This document shows, one piece after another, positions 29,943-41,386 of a stretch of DNA of 64,000 nt (position 1 is its first letter; each line of letters opens with the position of its first letter). The notes below the pieces were generated by a model. It was not told the DNA's origin, did not search any database, and saw only the letters and a program-made list of their open reading frames with translations. Position numbers and translations under genes: made by a program. Source of the stretch: Halarcobacter sp. (GTDB lineage: Bacteria; Campylobacterota; Campylobacteria; Campylobacterales; Arcobacteraceae). The stretch spans positions 1,952,001-2,016,000 of the forward strand of contig CP182352.1 in NCBI GenBank assembly GCA_048571215.1, in the 5' to 3' direction.

Positions 29943-30830
29943 TTAAAAAGATCTTAAAAACTTAGGTCTTAACATGCTACTATCATCTATTGCCATATCT
30001 AATACCTCAAGCAAATTAGCTTTATCTTTTGGTAAAGTCCCTTTTAGAGGCAATGCATTTGAAGCATGATTTGATCTAAAGATTATTGGATTTTTAGGAT
30101 TGATTAGGTTTATAAACTTTTTTTGTTCATCAAGCATATCCTTATCACTACAAAAAATAAACTCTTGATTTTTCTTTTCAAATCTTTTAAAAAAATCATC
30201 CTCTTTTGTATCACTTAGTCCTAATTGTAAGGTTGATAAATAGTTTATATGTTCACACTTGTTTATTAATTTTGCTGTGTCTTCTATATGTTGTTGTGAA
30301 AGTTTTTTTCCCCCAAGACCTAGTATAACTGTAGCTGAAATCTTTATATTTGCTTTTGCTGCTTTGTCTAATCCCTCTTTCATTTTATCTGGATTCATTG
30401 GTTTATTTATATATTTTAATAACTCTTGATTTCCTGATTCTATCCCATAATAAACCAAACTTAAGCCATTTTCTCTTAATAACTCAAGTTCTTCCAAAGA
30501 TTTTTCAAGAAGATTATAAGGGCTTGCATATGAGGATACCCTTTGTAGTTTTGGAAATGTTTTTTTTAGATATTGTAAAACCTCTAATAAAAACTCAGTT
30601 TTACAAGCAAATGCATCTCCATCTGCTAAAAAAACTCTTCTTATATCTTGATAATAAGATATTTCATCTATCTCATCTTTTATCTCTTCTATATCTTTGA
30701 TTTTAAATTTTTTTGTTTCATACATAGAACAAAAGCTACATTTATTGTAGCTACACCCCAATGTCACTTGCAATATAAGTGAATTTGCTTCTGCTGGTGG
30801 TCTATATACTGGTTCGTGATACTCAATCAT
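29943..30830 (-). CDS. Radical SAM protein
   Basis: CSYNKCSFC (CX3CX2C), VYRPPAEA, FLADGDA, FRSNHASN; start set to ATG 30830. Confidence 0.9.
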   Translation of the reverse strand: MIEYHEPVYRPPAEANSLILQVTLGCSYNKCSFCSMYETKKFKIKDIEEIKDEIDEISYYQDIRRVFLADGDAFACKTEFLLEVLQYLKKTFPKLQRVSSYASPYNLLEKSLEELELLRENGLSLVYYGIESGNQELLKYINKPMNPDKMKEGLDKAAKANIKISATVILGLGGKKLSQQHIEDTAKLINKCEHINYLSTLQLGLSDTKEDDFFKRFEKKNQEFIFCSDKDMLDEQKKFINLINPKNPIIFRSNHASNALPLKGTLPKDKANLLEVLDMAIDDSSMLRPKFLRSF

Positions 30831-31251
30831 CTTTAAAAGTCTCTTCTTCCTCTTTTTTACCAAACATATATCTTTGTGAAGTTTTAACAGCAAGATACCT
30901 TACAAACAATAAAAAGATAATAACCCCAGATAATACTAAAATATTAAAGTTTAGACTACTATGCATCAAAGAATCCAGGGTATCTATATTTTCTGCATTT
31001 ATCTTAACTACATTGACTATTAATTCTCTCAATGCTAAAATTATAAAAGCATCAACAAGTATTGCTAAAACAACCCTTTGTTCTCTTATAAAATTAACCA
31101 CTGCTCTTACTATCTCTAAAAAGATAATAAAATACAACATATAGATTATAAACTCCATCAACATATTTAAAGATAAAGCTACTAGAAATAAAACAGAGGC
31201 TATGGATAGTTCTATATAAAATTTATCTTTTATAAACTTAATATTATCCAT
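30823..31251 (-). CDS. PsiE-family membrane protein
   Basis: FIIFLEIVR, DAFIILALREL; start set to ATG 31251. Confidence 0.7.
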   Translation of the reverse strand: MDNIKFIKDKFYIELSIASVLFLVALSLNMLMEFIIYMLYFIIFLEIVRAVVNFIREQRVVLAILVDAFIILALRELIVNVVKINAENIDTLDSLMHSSLNFNILVLSGVIIFLLFVRYLAVKTSQRYMFGKKEEEETFKDD

Positions 31252-31262
31252 AATATATCCTT

Positions 31263-32126
31263 TTAGATTACTGCTTTTATATTTAACCAAGAGCTTGGAA
31301 TTTGACTTAAAGTTTTATCCTCTTGTGCCATAAATATCATAGTAGCAACCATTCCTCTTGCACTACTATCTCCACCAGCTTTTGCATTGTTTATTAACAT
31401 CTCTTTTAGATTATCGTATTTTGCTAAAAGATGCATAACTCCTTCAAAACCACCATTTATATCACAAGCTGGTCCAAAGTCTCTTATAGCTACAAAACTA
31501 TCTTTATCGTTAGATGAAGAACCATCTACTATATATGATTGAATTTTCATATCAAAATCTTCTCTTAAAAAACTTATTGCCTCTTGAATCGTTTTTCCAC
31601 CTAAGACTTCAAGTAAAAGTTTGGCAAAAAACTTACCACTTGTAGTTGCTTCATATGAGTTATGACTCGCTTTTATAAATACCTCAACATTATTCAAAAA
31701 CTCATCTTTATCTTTTGATACCAAAAGTAATGGAGCAATTCTTCCAACAATAGATAAATCAGTAGAATTAGAACCCGTAGGAGAAATACCTTTTTCTATA
31801 TTTTCTAAAGTATTTTTTGAGGCAGAGTCAATATATCCACCATAAATCTCCATTTTTGTTTTCCAAAAATCTATATACTCTTGTAGATCAAAACTCTCTT
31901 TATCTTTTATAAACTGATAAAGCCAAAGGGTTTGATCTCCATAATGGGTAAACTCACCTGCAACTTTTCCTTTATGCCAAATAGCTTGAGGAGCATTTAA
32001 CTCTTCCCAATTTATGTCCAATGTTTGTAGTTTTTTTTCATCATAAATCCAATGGGCACCTAAAGAGTATGAATCTGCCACTAATACACTTAAAATTATC
32101 TCTTTTACCTTCTTCTCATTAAACAT
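31263..32126 (-). CDS. ADP-ribosylglycohydrolase family protein
   Basis: VADSYSLGAHW, FTHYGDQ, NAKAGGDSSARG. Confidence 0.85.
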   Translation of the reverse strand: MFNEKKVKEIILSVLVADSYSLGAHWIYDEKKLQTLDINWEELNAPQAIWHKGKVAGEFTHYGDQTLWLYQFIKDKESFDLQEYIDFWKTKMEIYGGYIDSASKNTLENIEKGISPTGSNSTDLSIVGRIAPLLLVSKDKDEFLNNVEVFIKASHNSYEATTSGKFFAKLLLEVLGGKTIQEAISFLREDFDMKIQSYIVDGSSSNDKDSFVAIRDFGPACDINGGFEGVMHLLAKYDNLKEMLINNAKAGGDSSARGMVATMIFMAQEDKTLSQIPSSWLNIKAVI

Positions 32127-32135
32127 AAATCTCTC

Positions 32136-33593
32136 CTATTTTGATTTTACTGGTTTTTCTATTTCGTAACCAAATTCTATAATTTTTGTTTCCTTTGGTT
32201 TCAACACAAAATCAAAATATATTTTACCATTTTTATCAAGTTTAGTATATTTTGATTCCCCTATTACTTTTACTTTTATATCTTCATGTTTTGATACAGG
32301 AACCCTCTCAACTAAAGATATTTTTTCCTCTTCTTTACCACTATTTTTTATCTCATACTTCCAAAGTTTTTGAGTTTTTAAAACATTAATACTAAAAAAT
32401 GGTTCCTCTTTCATATCTTTTATCAACTCTTTTTTTACATCTATAAAACTATTTACTCCAAAGTATATACTACTCTTTTTATCTTTTTTAATCTCATCTA
32501 TACTATTTCTGCCAACTAAAACTCCATCTATATAGAGTTGTACAAAACTTCTTTCATATAGTTTATCACTTTTAAAATCAACTTTATAGAATGGATTTGA
32601 AGTAGAGTATCCATCTATTTCTATATAGTTTGAAGCTTTTATACTATCATTTGATAAATCTACTTTAGTTTTTTTGCCTGTTTTTAAATCTACATGTGAA
32701 ACTCTATTTACAGATTTTGTTGTAAGTTCTACATATTCATTTACTATAGACTTTTTTGCAACATTTGATCTCATCAAAGTTTGTTTTTCCATCACCATAT
32801 CAGAGGCAAAAGCAACAGGTCTATTTGGCGTTACATCTAAATATTCTGGTATAAAAGTGAATGGTTTAACTAAATTAAAGTAGTTCCCAACATAAAAATT
32901 CATAACAACATCTTCAAAATTTACTCCCGTATTTTGTGTTACGTAAGCACTTGATTTCAATTCAATATTTTTATTTGTAGTATCATAGTTAATAGTGTTA
33001 AATTTACTTACAGATATAAGATTTGTCGGATAAGAAACAATTATCTTATCACTATTTTTACAATCAATTTTATAATCAAGTTTTGTAAATACACTCCCAA
33101 AGGTTTGGTTTTTTAGTTGATTTAACTCTTTTTGGTACTCTTTAACATCATTTTCAATACCATAAATCTCATCATAACTCTTAGTTATCTCAGCAATTAA
33201 AAATTCACTACTTTTTTCTAAGGTTTCTATATTTTGATTTTCTTGAAGCTTTAAACCTTGCAAAAATTTTATATTTGCCTCTAAAGCCTTTTTTTTATTT
33301 AAAGCTTTTGATATTTTCTCTTCCATATTAGATATGAGTTTATCTATCTGGGTTTTTTGTGTATCAATTACTTTAAAATCCAAATCTAAAATCTTGCAAC
33401 TTTTATCAATATTGAATTTTATAGTTTCTAAACTAACCTTACCTAATAAATCCACACTAGTGTTTTTTAAATCTAACTCTTGATTTAAAACTGTTCTATT
33501 CTTATATATATCCACACTTTTTATTTGGGTATTTGAATACATACAGGATACTGAAACTATTAAAGCTAATACAATTTTACTATTTTTTATCAT
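32136..33593 (-). CDS. DUF4139/DUF4140 exported protein
   Basis: IKSVDIY, coiled coil, VTQNTGVNF, ERVPVSKHEDIKV; start set to ATG 33593. Confidence 0.8.
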   Translation of the reverse strand: MIKNSKIVLALIVSVSCMYSNTQIKSVDIYKNRTVLNQELDLKNTSVDLLGKVSLETIKFNIDKSCKILDLDFKVIDTQKTQIDKLISNMEEKISKALNKKKALEANIKFLQGLKLQENQNIETLEKSSEFLIAEITKSYDEIYGIENDVKEYQKELNQLKNQTFGSVFTKLDYKIDCKNSDKIIVSYPTNLISVSKFNTINYDTTNKNIELKSSAYVTQNTGVNFEDVVMNFYVGNYFNLVKPFTFIPEYLDVTPNRPVAFASDMVMEKQTLMRSNVAKKSIVNEYVELTTKSVNRVSHVDLKTGKKTKVDLSNDSIKASNYIEIDGYSTSNPFYKVDFKSDKLYERSFVQLYIDGVLVGRNSIDEIKKDKKSSIYFGVNSFIDVKKELIKDMKEEPFFSINVLKTQKLWKYEIKNSGKEEEKISLVERVPVSKHEDIKVKVIGESKYTKLDKNGKIYFDFVLKPKETKIIEFGYEIEKPVKSK

Positions 33594-33594
33594 T

Positions 33595-33858
33595 TTACAT
33601 CCAATTTTTATAATTTGAGAATGAAGGGTATTGAGTTTTAAACTCCTCTTCATCAAAAGCATAATTAAATGAATTCATATAATCATTTAACAACTCATAA
33701 GACTCTTGTAACTCTTGAAACTTTTCTTCACTTCCGCCTGGCATATCAGGATGATAAAGTTTTGACAACTTTAAATATTTTTTCTTTAAATCTTTTTTTG
33801 AAGTTCGAATAAGTATACCAAATAGTTCCACTGCTTTTTCGAATTTTTCATAATCCAT
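33595..33858 (-). CDS. Stand-alone J-domain protein
   Basis: LKKKYLKLSKLYHPD..GGSEEKFQEL. Confidence 0.9.
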   Translation of the reverse strand: MDYEKFEKAVELFGILIRTSKKDLKKKYLKLSKLYHPDMPGGSEEKFQELQESYELLNDYMNSFNYAFDEEEFKTQYPSFSNYKNWM

Positions 33859-34067
33859 TAACTTTCCTAATATTGGTAGTCATCATTGTACTAAATCATT
33901 TTTAATCTTTCATAAATAGATTCAAAAAGATTTTACTAATATTTAGTTTAGTTATTTTTTAGCTCTTTTTCTATAAATCTTTCCTTAAGAAATAACTTTA
34001 AAAAAAATATTAAAAAAATATTAAAAAATGAGACATTTGTGAGACACTTTTAAGATATATTACCGTT

Positions 34068-34670
34068 ATGAGAATATTAATATATGACAACAATCAAAAT
34101 GAAGTTGAATCACTATATCAAATGATAAAACTTTTACCAATTCAAACTATAGTTGATATAGTTACTACATATGAAGAAGCAATACATTTATACTCTTTAT
34201 ATGAGTATAATAGAGTCTTTATAAATTATATTGATACAAAGGGTAAAGATTTAGAAAGATATATTATGGATAAGTCTCCACAACAAAATATAATACTATT
34301 AAAAGATACATATGATTGTATCCATCTACATAGTTGTAAAAAGTGTAAAGAGTTTTTTAATAAATTTTTAGTCATAAAACCTATAAATATTTCTCAACTA
34401 CCAAAAATTATAAATGATAATTTTGAATGTGAAGGTTATAGTAAAACTCTTTACCAATACAATCTAGACAAAATAATTAAAAGAATAAAACATAAATATC
34501 CTACAATAATCTTTGATAAGGAAAAAAATAAATTTAAATTTGATGATATACCCAACTCATTTATAGTTGAACTTTTTATTGATTTGACAACACAATTATC
34601 TCAACATAATATTGAATATAGAATTTATGAAAATAAATCTATTGATATTATCTCAGAAAGAGAAGAATGA
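34068..34670 (+). CDS. Degenerate receiver-domain protein
   Basis: MRILIYDN, VIKPI; phospho-acceptor position appears as VFINY rather than D. Confidence 0.55.
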   Translation: MRILIYDNNQNEVESLYQMIKLLPIQTIVDIVTTYEEAIHLYSLYEYNRVFINYIDTKGKDLERYIMDKSPQQNIILLKDTYDCIHLHSCKKCKEFFNKFLVIKPINISQLPKIINDNFECEGYSKTLYQYNLDKIIKRIKHKYPTIIFDKEKNKFKFDDIPNSFIVELFIDLTTQLSQHNIEYRIYENKSIDIISEREE

Positions 34671-34675
34671 TTCTA

Positions 34676-36073
34676 TTATTGTTTTATGATATTAGAAAGC
34701 TCTTCAAGTTCTCTTTTTGATTTTTTTGTATCTTTATTTTTTTTCAATGAATACTCAAAACATTGAACTGCATCTTCAAATAAACCTAAATTTTTAAAAA
34801 TTATACCAATACAATAAGCCATATCAAAATCCTCATCTATATTAAAATAATTATCCCAGCATTTTTTAATATAAACTTTTAATACATCCTTATAATATTC
34901 ATCATCCCTTTTTGAAATGACTGTTAATTTATCGCTAAAAACTCTTATTATATAAGGATCATAACCACTAAGTTTAATTAAAGAAAATAGTGCCATAGAT
35001 ACAATTTTATCTTTTTTAACTTGATTAAAAATTTGTAAAAAGTCATTTGTATTAAACTCTTCAATTAACTCTTTTAGACTATCAGTATAACTACAATTTT
35101 CAGGAACTATCATATATGTATCAAACCACATATAAGCTACTTGTTTATCTATCATATTACAACTATTATTTTTAACATATTTTTTTAATGCATTTAGATT
35201 TGTTTTATTTGATAATAATCCAGAAGGTAGTTTATTTATATGAGGTTTTTTGTTTTTAAACCTATTTAAATGATAATTTGCTTCATCACTTATCAACCAA
35301 TAGAATTGAGTACTAAATTTTTTAAAAAAATCAAAAGTATTTATAGCATCAATTGGTATATCAAAGGTCGCATTATCAAACTGACTTAAATAGCTTTTTA
35401 ATATCCCATTAACAGCTTCACTTTCATAATAGTTACTATCTATTTTTTTCAACTTAAAACCTATTTTTGAATCTTTAATTGTTTCAAGATAATCTTTGTC
35501 TAAAGTACTTAAATCTTTATCAATATCTAATAAACATTCAAATAATTCTTTTGATTTAATAGTAAATAAATCATCACCTAAATCAGATAAAGTATAGTTT
35601 GATATAACAATATTTATACCATTATTTAAAACATTACTTAATCTCCTATTTGATTGCAAAATACAATCTTCAGGGTTTGTTATATCAAAAAGTGTAAAAT
35701 CTAAGTTACCCTCTTGTATATAAGGAATAAATTTTTCATGATTTTTCCAAAACTCCAATCTGTCAGGTGATAAGTCTGTCATAATATAGTTTAATTTTGA
35801 AAAATCTTTTTTATTTAATAAATGTTTTAGATTATTTAAAAGAAAAAATGAAAATCTTCCTTGCCCTGCTCCAAGTTCAATGATATTTATATTTTCATCA
35901 TTTTCTTCTACTATTTTTCTGATTATTTTGCTATATTTGCTAGCTATAAAATTATTGTTCGTCCAAAAAAATGTATCAACCTCTTCACCCCAAGCAAAAT
36001 TTATATTGTATTCACTATAAAATTTTTTGTGTAATTTAAATAAATCTGACTTTGATAAAATACTATTAACCAT
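34676..36073 (-). CDS. SAM-dependent methyltransferase (MidA/NDUFAF7-like) with C-terminal TPR
   Basis: IIELGAGQGRF, YIMTDLS; IGIIFKNLGLFEDAVQCFEYSL TPR. Confidence 0.7.
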   Translation of the reverse strand: MVNSILSKSDLFKLHKKFYSEYNINFAWGEEVDTFFWTNNNFIASKYSKIIRKIVEENDENINIIELGAGQGRFSFFLLNNLKHLLNKKDFSKLNYIMTDLSPDRLEFWKNHEKFIPYIQEGNLDFTLFDITNPEDCILQSNRRLSNVLNNGINIVISNYTLSDLGDDLFTIKSKELFECLLDIDKDLSTLDKDYLETIKDSKIGFKLKKIDSNYYESEAVNGILKSYLSQFDNATFDIPIDAINTFDFFKKFSTQFYWLISDEANYHLNRFKNKKPHINKLPSGLLSNKTNLNALKKYVKNNSCNMIDKQVAYMWFDTYMIVPENCSYTDSLKELIEEFNTNDFLQIFNQVKKDKIVSMALFSLIKLSGYDPYIIRVFSDKLTVISKRDDEYYKDVLKVYIKKCWDNYFNIDEDFDMAYCIGIIFKNLGLFEDAVQCFEYSLKKNKDTKKSKRELEELSNIIKQ

Positions 36074-36203
36074 ATTGCTCCTTATTAACTTTAAGTTATA
36101 ATATCGACATTATCTTTAAATAAAATATATTATTTAAGGTAAATATAATCTATATATAAAGTAATAATTCATATAATTACTAGGATTAACCTTAGGAATA
36201 AAA

Positions 36204-37667
36204 ATGCCTTTTAATAATAACTTTCATAAAATAACAAAAATAGAATCTACTAATGCAAATACTTCAAGTAATTCATCTTTAGAGAACTTGATATTAGGTC
36301 CAGATAAAGGTTTTAGTACTACACCACCTTTTGAGTGTTTATCATGGGAATCATGGAGAACAATAGCCTCAAATAGTAGAACTATAAACTATTTTCAACA
36401 ATACCCTTCTCCTATAGTGATTGATTTACACTTAGAAGAGGAAAAAGATATTGATGCCATCGGTATTTGGCCTAGTAGGGAAAATACAGGTATCTCAATA
36501 AGAGAATTTTTAATACAGTTTGCTACTAATAGTGACAAAAAAACATTTACTAATCCTATTAGAAAAGTTGCAAGAGAAAGAAATCCACACGATATAGAAA
36601 TATTTTCATTTCCTCAAGTCAAAACAAATATTATTCGTATAACAATACTTTCCAATTTTGAACATACAAAACTTAGAAGCAATAGAGTTGGATTTAGAGA
36701 AGTTACAGTAATAAGTGATAATAAAAAGATAAAAGAAGCTATTAGAAACTCTAAAAGTGATAGTTGTACTTTTGATTTTTTAAAACCACTCATATCAAAT
36801 AACTTAACAGATGAAGAATATTTTGCTTTAAATATAAGACCTGAATTTAGTTTAGATAATAGATGGAAACCAAACTCTAGTTATGAAGACTTTTTAAAAA
36901 TGAGAGGTTTTTATTCTAATGGTGTTCAATTAAGAAGAGTTGATTTATCTAAATGGGCAGATAAAATATATGTATATCTTTTCCTAAAAGAAAATGGAAT
37001 AAAAGGTATGCCTATTTTAAAATACGGATACTACTTCAATAGTGATGTTTTGGATTATGCAAAAGATTTATTTTATGCTGGAGAACTTAAGTCTTTTGTG
37101 ATTAAAACAAGCCATTTAGGATATGGGGTAAGTGTACTAAGAGTAAAAAATGGAAGATTTATTACAAATGATGAACACCATAAGGGTAATAATAAAACCA
37201 ATTCAAAAGTAGACTTCAATTATATTCAAAATGAACTTGAAAAACATTGGAATAGACAGCAATTTTCAGATGAATGGGCTTGCAATATTTTGCCACCAGG
37301 TTTAATACTTGAAGAGCTTATTGAAGATACAACTGAAATAAAATATATAACAGTATTTGGAGAAATAATTGGTATAATATTACAAGTTGAAGGTTTCCCA
37401 GCATTTGATATAAATGGCAATCCTTTGGATAACTCAGGACATACCTTACCAGTATGGTGGGAAAAGGGGCTAGAAAAAGCAAAAGAGGTTGCAAATTTAG
37501 TAAAAGCAGATCATATTAGAATAGATCTTTTTTATCATAAAGGGGAAGTTATAGTTTGTGAAATAACCTATAATGGTTTTTATGAACCAAAACAATTTCA
37601 TGAACAAATTGTAAATAAATTAAATGCAGGCTATGAATTAAGAGCAAAATTTTTAAAAAATAAATAA
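36204..37667 (+). CDS. Discoidin/galactose-binding-like domain fused to TupA-like ATP-grasp domain
   Basis: [55 protein letters not shown]. Confidence 0.7.
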   Translation: MPFNNNFHKITKIESTNANTSSNSSLENLILGPDKGFSTTPPFECLSWESWRTIASNSRTINYFQQYPSPIVIDLHLEEEKDIDAIGIWPSRENTGISIREFLIQFATNSDKKTFTNPIRKVARERNPHDIEIFSFPQVKTNIIRITILSNFEHTKLRSNRVGFREVTVISDNKKIKEAIRNSKSDSCTFDFLKPLISNNLTDEEYFALNIRPEFSLDNRWKPNSSYEDFLKMRGFYSNGVQLRRVDLSKWADKIYVYLFLKENGIKGMPILKYGYYFNSDVLDYAKDLFYAGELKSFVIKTSHLGYGVSVLRVKNGRFITNDEHHKGNNKTNSKVDFNYIQNELEKHWNRQQFSDEWACNILPPGLILEELIEDTTEIKYITVFGEIIGIILQVEGFPAFDINGNPLDNSGHTLPVWWEKGLEKAKEVANLVKADHIRIDLFYHKGEVIVCEITYNGFYEPKQFHEQIVNKLNAGYELRAKFLKNK

Positions 37668-37681
37668 ATATAGGATATAAA

Positions 37682-38965
37682 ATGAATATTACAAAATCAC
37701 AAAATGCAATAAAAGAAGCACAAAAACTTATGCCAGGAGGTGTTAATTCACCTGTTAGAGCTTGTATAAGTGTTGGAACAACTCCAATATTTATAAAAGA
37801 TGGAAAAGGTGGAAAAATCTATGACTTAGATGATAATTCATATGTAGATTATGTTCAAAGTTGGGGACCTTTATTATTTGGTCATAGAGATGAAGATATT
37901 GAAAAAGCTGTAATAGAAGCAGTATCACATGGACTTAGTTTTGGAGCACCAACACTAGTGGAGAGTCAACTTGCCCAAGAAGTAATATCTTTATTTGACT
38001 CTATAGAAAAAATCAGATTTGTAAGTAGTGGAACAGAAGCTGTGATGAGTGCTATTCGATTAGCAAGGGGTTATACAAATAGAGATGATATTATTAAATT
38101 TGAAGGTTGTTACCATGGACATAGCGATTCACTTTTAGTTCAAACAGGTGGAGGTGCTACAGATTGTGGAACTCCAAGCTCTCCAGGGGTACCTGCTGAT
38201 TTTACAAAACATACTTTATTATCTAAATATAATGATATTGAAAGTGTAAAAAAACATTTTAAAAAAGGTAATAATATTGCTTGTATAATAGTAGAACCAA
38301 TTGCAGGGAATATGGGACTTGTTCCTGCAAAAAAAGAGTTTTTAAAAGAGCTTAGAGAACTTTGTGATGAAAATGGAAGTTTACTTATTTTTGATGAAGT
38401 TATGAGTGGGTTTAGAACAAGCTTAAATGGAACAGAAAGTAAAGTATCTGTAAAACCTGACTTGGTTACTTTAGGAAAAGTTTTAGGAGGAGGAATGCCT
38501 GTAGGAGCTTTTGGAGGAAAAGAAGAGATTTTAAACTATCTAGCTCCACAAGGACCTGTATATCAAGCAGGAACACTTAGTGGAAATCCTATTGCTATGG
38601 CAGCTGGACTAGCTTCTATAAGAAAACTAAAAGCAAATCCACAACTTATCGATATCCTTGAAAAAAGAGCCAAAACATTAGTATCAGGGATGAAGGAAGC
38701 TGCAAAACAAAACAATATAACAATGCAAACAGAAGTTAGAGGTTCAATCTTTGGAATCTTTTTTAATGACAAAGAGGTTACAAATTTCGAAATTGCTACA
38801 CAAAGTAAAATTGAAATATTTAAAAAGTTCTATAAAGGGATGTTAGAAAAAGGTTTTTATTTTGCTTCATCACAGCTAGAAACGGGCTTTATAAGTTTAC
38901 AAACAACAGATGAAATGATTGAAGATACAATAAAGGCAAGCCAAGAAGTATTTGCCACAATATAA
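37682..38965 (+). CDS. hemL: Glutamate-1-semialdehyde 2,1-aminomutase (divergent copy possible)
   Basis: [66 protein letters not shown]. Confidence 0.88.
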   Translation: MNITKSQNAIKEAQKLMPGGVNSPVRACISVGTTPIFIKDGKGGKIYDLDDNSYVDYVQSWGPLLFGHRDEDIEKAVIEAVSHGLSFGAPTLVESQLAQEVISLFDSIEKIRFVSSGTEAVMSAIRLARGYTNRDDIIKFEGCYHGHSDSLLVQTGGGATDCGTPSSPGVPADFTKHTLLSKYNDIESVKKHFKKGNNIACIIVEPIAGNMGLVPAKKEFLKELRELCDENGSLLIFDEVMSGFRTSLNGTESKVSVKPDLVTLGKVLGGGMPVGAFGGKEEILNYLAPQGPVYQAGTLSGNPIAMAAGLASIRKLKANPQLIDILEKRAKTLVSGMKEAAKQNNITMQTEVRGSIFGIFFNDKEVTNFEIATQSKIEIFKKFYKGMLEKGFYFASSQLETGFISLQTTDEMIEDTIKASQEVFATI

Positions 38966-39032
38966 ATAAAAGCAATAATTTAAGATAAAATACTATAATA
39001 CATATTTAAAATTTTGAGGATTCTTAATATAT

Positions 39033-39512
39033 ATGGGACAATTAATTTCAAGCCTTATTAAATGGGCTATTTTTTTTGGTATTTTATACCTAATTTTTAC
39101 AAACTTTGGTACTTTTTTGATTATTATTTTTATATTTGTAGCTTTAGGATACTACGCACTTTATCAATTTAAGCAAAAACTTCGACAGTCACAAGGAGGT
39201 TCATCTTTTAGATTTACTTTCAATGGACAAGAGTTTAACAATGCGGGTGGTTCTAATTTTAACTTTAATGAGTTTGAACAAAGATTTAGAAATGGAAGCT
39301 ATAACAATGGTTTTAATACTCAAGCTCCATTTAGTGAGGTCCAAAAAGCAAAAGATTTTTTTGGCTTCACTAATGAACCAACAAAAGAAGAGATAAAAAA
39401 AAGATATAAAGAGTTGGCAAAAAAATATCATCCAGATATAAATAAACATGGTGCTACCTTAATGCAACAACTAAATCATTACAAAGAGATTCTTATAAAA
39501 ACCTATTCCTAA
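39033..39512 (+). CDS. Membrane-anchored protein with C-terminal J domain
   Basis: N-terminal TMs; IKKRYKELAKKYHPD. Confidence 0.85.
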   Translation: MGQLISSLIKWAIFFGILYLIFTNFGTFLIIIFIFVALGYYALYQFKQKLRQSQGGSSFRFTFNGQEFNNAGGSNFNFNEFEQRFRNGSYNNGFNTQAPFSEVQKAKDFFGFTNEPTKEEIKKRYKELAKKYHPDINKHGATLMQQLNHYKEILIKTYS

Positions 39513-39522
39513 GAAGTTTCAT

Positions 39523-40020
39523 TTGTTTATAGATAAATTAAAAATATTTTTTCTTTTTATTACTATAATAGGAACTATTTTTTTTATCTATTTAGTTATA
39601 AAAAACTACAATTTTGATAATTCTAATTTAGATGAAAAAATTCTAAAAAAAATTTATGAAAAACAAATAATTCTTCAAAATCTAAGTTTAAAAAAATTTG
39701 CAGTAAAAGAAAAGTTTCCCATAATCATATCAAATAAAATGCCCTCAAATCTTTTTGGTGCAGCAACTCTAACAACAGATGATAAGATAGTTATTTATCT
39801 AAATAAAAAAAGATTTAAAGAGAGTGTTGATTATATGATAAGTGATGTTTTACCTCACGAGTACGCCCATGCAATTATGTTTAAACTTAAAGATATATCA
39901 AACAAAAATGGTGGTCATACAAAAAAATGGCAATCCATATGTAAAGCTCTAAATGGTTTAAGATGTAATAGATTTGTAAACAATCAAGATATCATCATAA
40001 ATAAAACCAGTTTTTTTTAA
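39523..40020 (+). CDS. SprT-like zinc metalloprotease
   Basis: HEYAH..H motif, GHTKKW. Confidence 0.8.
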   Translation: MFIDKLKIFFLFITIIGTIFFIYLVIKNYNFDNSNLDEKILKKIYEKQIILQNLSLKKFAVKEKFPIIISNKMPSNLFGAATLTTDDKIVIYLNKKRFKESVDYMISDVLPHEYAHAIMFKLKDISNKNGGHTKKWQSICKALNGLRCNRFVNNQDIIINKTSFF

Positions 40021-40097
40021 TGTATGAAAAATCTATTAAAACCTTAATATCTTGAAAAATCAATTGTTTTTTTGATATTATCATATAAAGGATATAC

Positions 40098-41375
40098 ATG
40101 ATAAATTTAAAACGAAGAGAGTTTTTAAAAACTAGTTCAAAACTTACTTTAACAACAGCTTGTTCAATAGGTTTTCCATCTATCCTAACCGCAAAAAATA
40201 AAAGACCTACTATAAAAATAGTTGGTACTCATGTAACCTTACAAGAAGAACTTAGACAAAGAGCACAAAAAGAATTAGGAATAAATATAGAGTATTATCC
40301 AGGGGGAAGTGCAGAAGTTTTACTAAAAGCTACAACTGACCCCTCATCTTTTGATATTTATGAACAATGGTCAAACAGTATACGCCCCCTATGGCTATCA
40401 GATGCTATAGAACCAATTGAAATTAAAAAATTAAAATATTGGGATGAGATAAACTCATTATCAAAAACAGGAAAAATATCCCAAGAAGGGAAAATTGCCC
40501 CAGGAGATACACCAAACAAAATATTATATATCCAAGAAGATGGTACTTTAGGGGAAAAACAAAGTGATAAAGTAAGTTTTATGCCCTATGTTCACAATGT
40601 AGATTCTTTTGGATACAACACAAAATATATACAAAAAGGTATCCCTTATGAAACTGAAAGTTGGGCTTGGCTTTTAGATAAAAAATATAAAGGTAAGGTT
40701 GCTTTAGTAAATGATCCTACTATTGGTCTTTTTGATGCTGCACTTGCTGTTCAAGCCAAAGGTTTAATGGATTTTAAAGATATGGGTAATATGAGTAGAA
40801 GTGAGATTGATGAACTTTTTAAAATCATGACTTCCTATAAATTAGCTGGTCATTTTAGAGGAGTTTGGTCTTCAGTTCCCCACTCAATTGAACTTATGAA
40901 ATCAAATCAAGTTTATATAGAAAGTATGTTTTCTCCTGCAGTATCAAGTCTAAATGGACTAAATATCCCTTGTACATATGCAGCACCTAAAGAGGGTTAT
41001 AGAGCTTGGCACGGAGTAATGTGTCTTTCAAAAGAATCAAAAAATGAACAAAAAGATGCGGCTTATAAATATATGAATTGGTGGTTATCTGGTTGGCCTG
41101 GAGCTTTTATTGCAAGACAAGGGTATTATATCTCAAATCCAAATAGAGCAAAAGAGTTTATGAGCCAAGAGGAATGGGATTATTGGTATGAAGGGAAAAT
41201 TGCCACAAAAGAGTTAAAAGGAACTGATGGAAAAATTTCAGTACATAAAGGTAATATTAGAACAGGTGGTTCATATAAAAAACGCTTTGAAAATATAGCT
41301 GTGTGGAATACAGTTATGCCAAACTATGAATATACCTTAAGAAAATGGAACGAATTTGTTCTAGCCAAATCATAA
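40098..41375 (+). CDS. Tat-exported PotD/PotF-like solute-binding protein
   Basis: KRREFLK twin-arginine signal; SWAWLLD..KGKVAL, PKEG, DAAYKYMNW. Confidence 0.85.
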   Translation: MINLKRREFLKTSSKLTLTTACSIGFPSILTAKNKRPTIKIVGTHVTLQEELRQRAQKELGINIEYYPGGSAEVLLKATTDPSSFDIYEQWSNSIRPLWLSDAIEPIEIKKLKYWDEINSLSKTGKISQEGKIAPGDTPNKILYIQEDGTLGEKQSDKVSFMPYVHNVDSFGYNTKYIQKGIPYETESWAWLLDKKYKGKVALVNDPTIGLFDAALAVQAKGLMDFKDMGNMSRSEIDELFKIMTSYKLAGHFRGVWSSVPHSIELMKSNQVYIESMFSPAVSSLNGLNIPCTYAAPKEGYRAWHGVMCLSKESKNEQKDAAYKYMNWWLSGWPGAFIARQGYYISNPNRAKEFMSQEEWDYWYEGKIATKELKGTDGKISVHKGNIRTGGSYKKRFENIAVWNTVMPNYEYTLRKWNEFVLAKS

Positions 41376-41386
41376 AGGATACTTTA

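Noticed and set aside
33998..34028. aaaaaatatt tandem repeat
   Set aside because: Low-complexity AT-rich promoter sequence; not distinguishable from background
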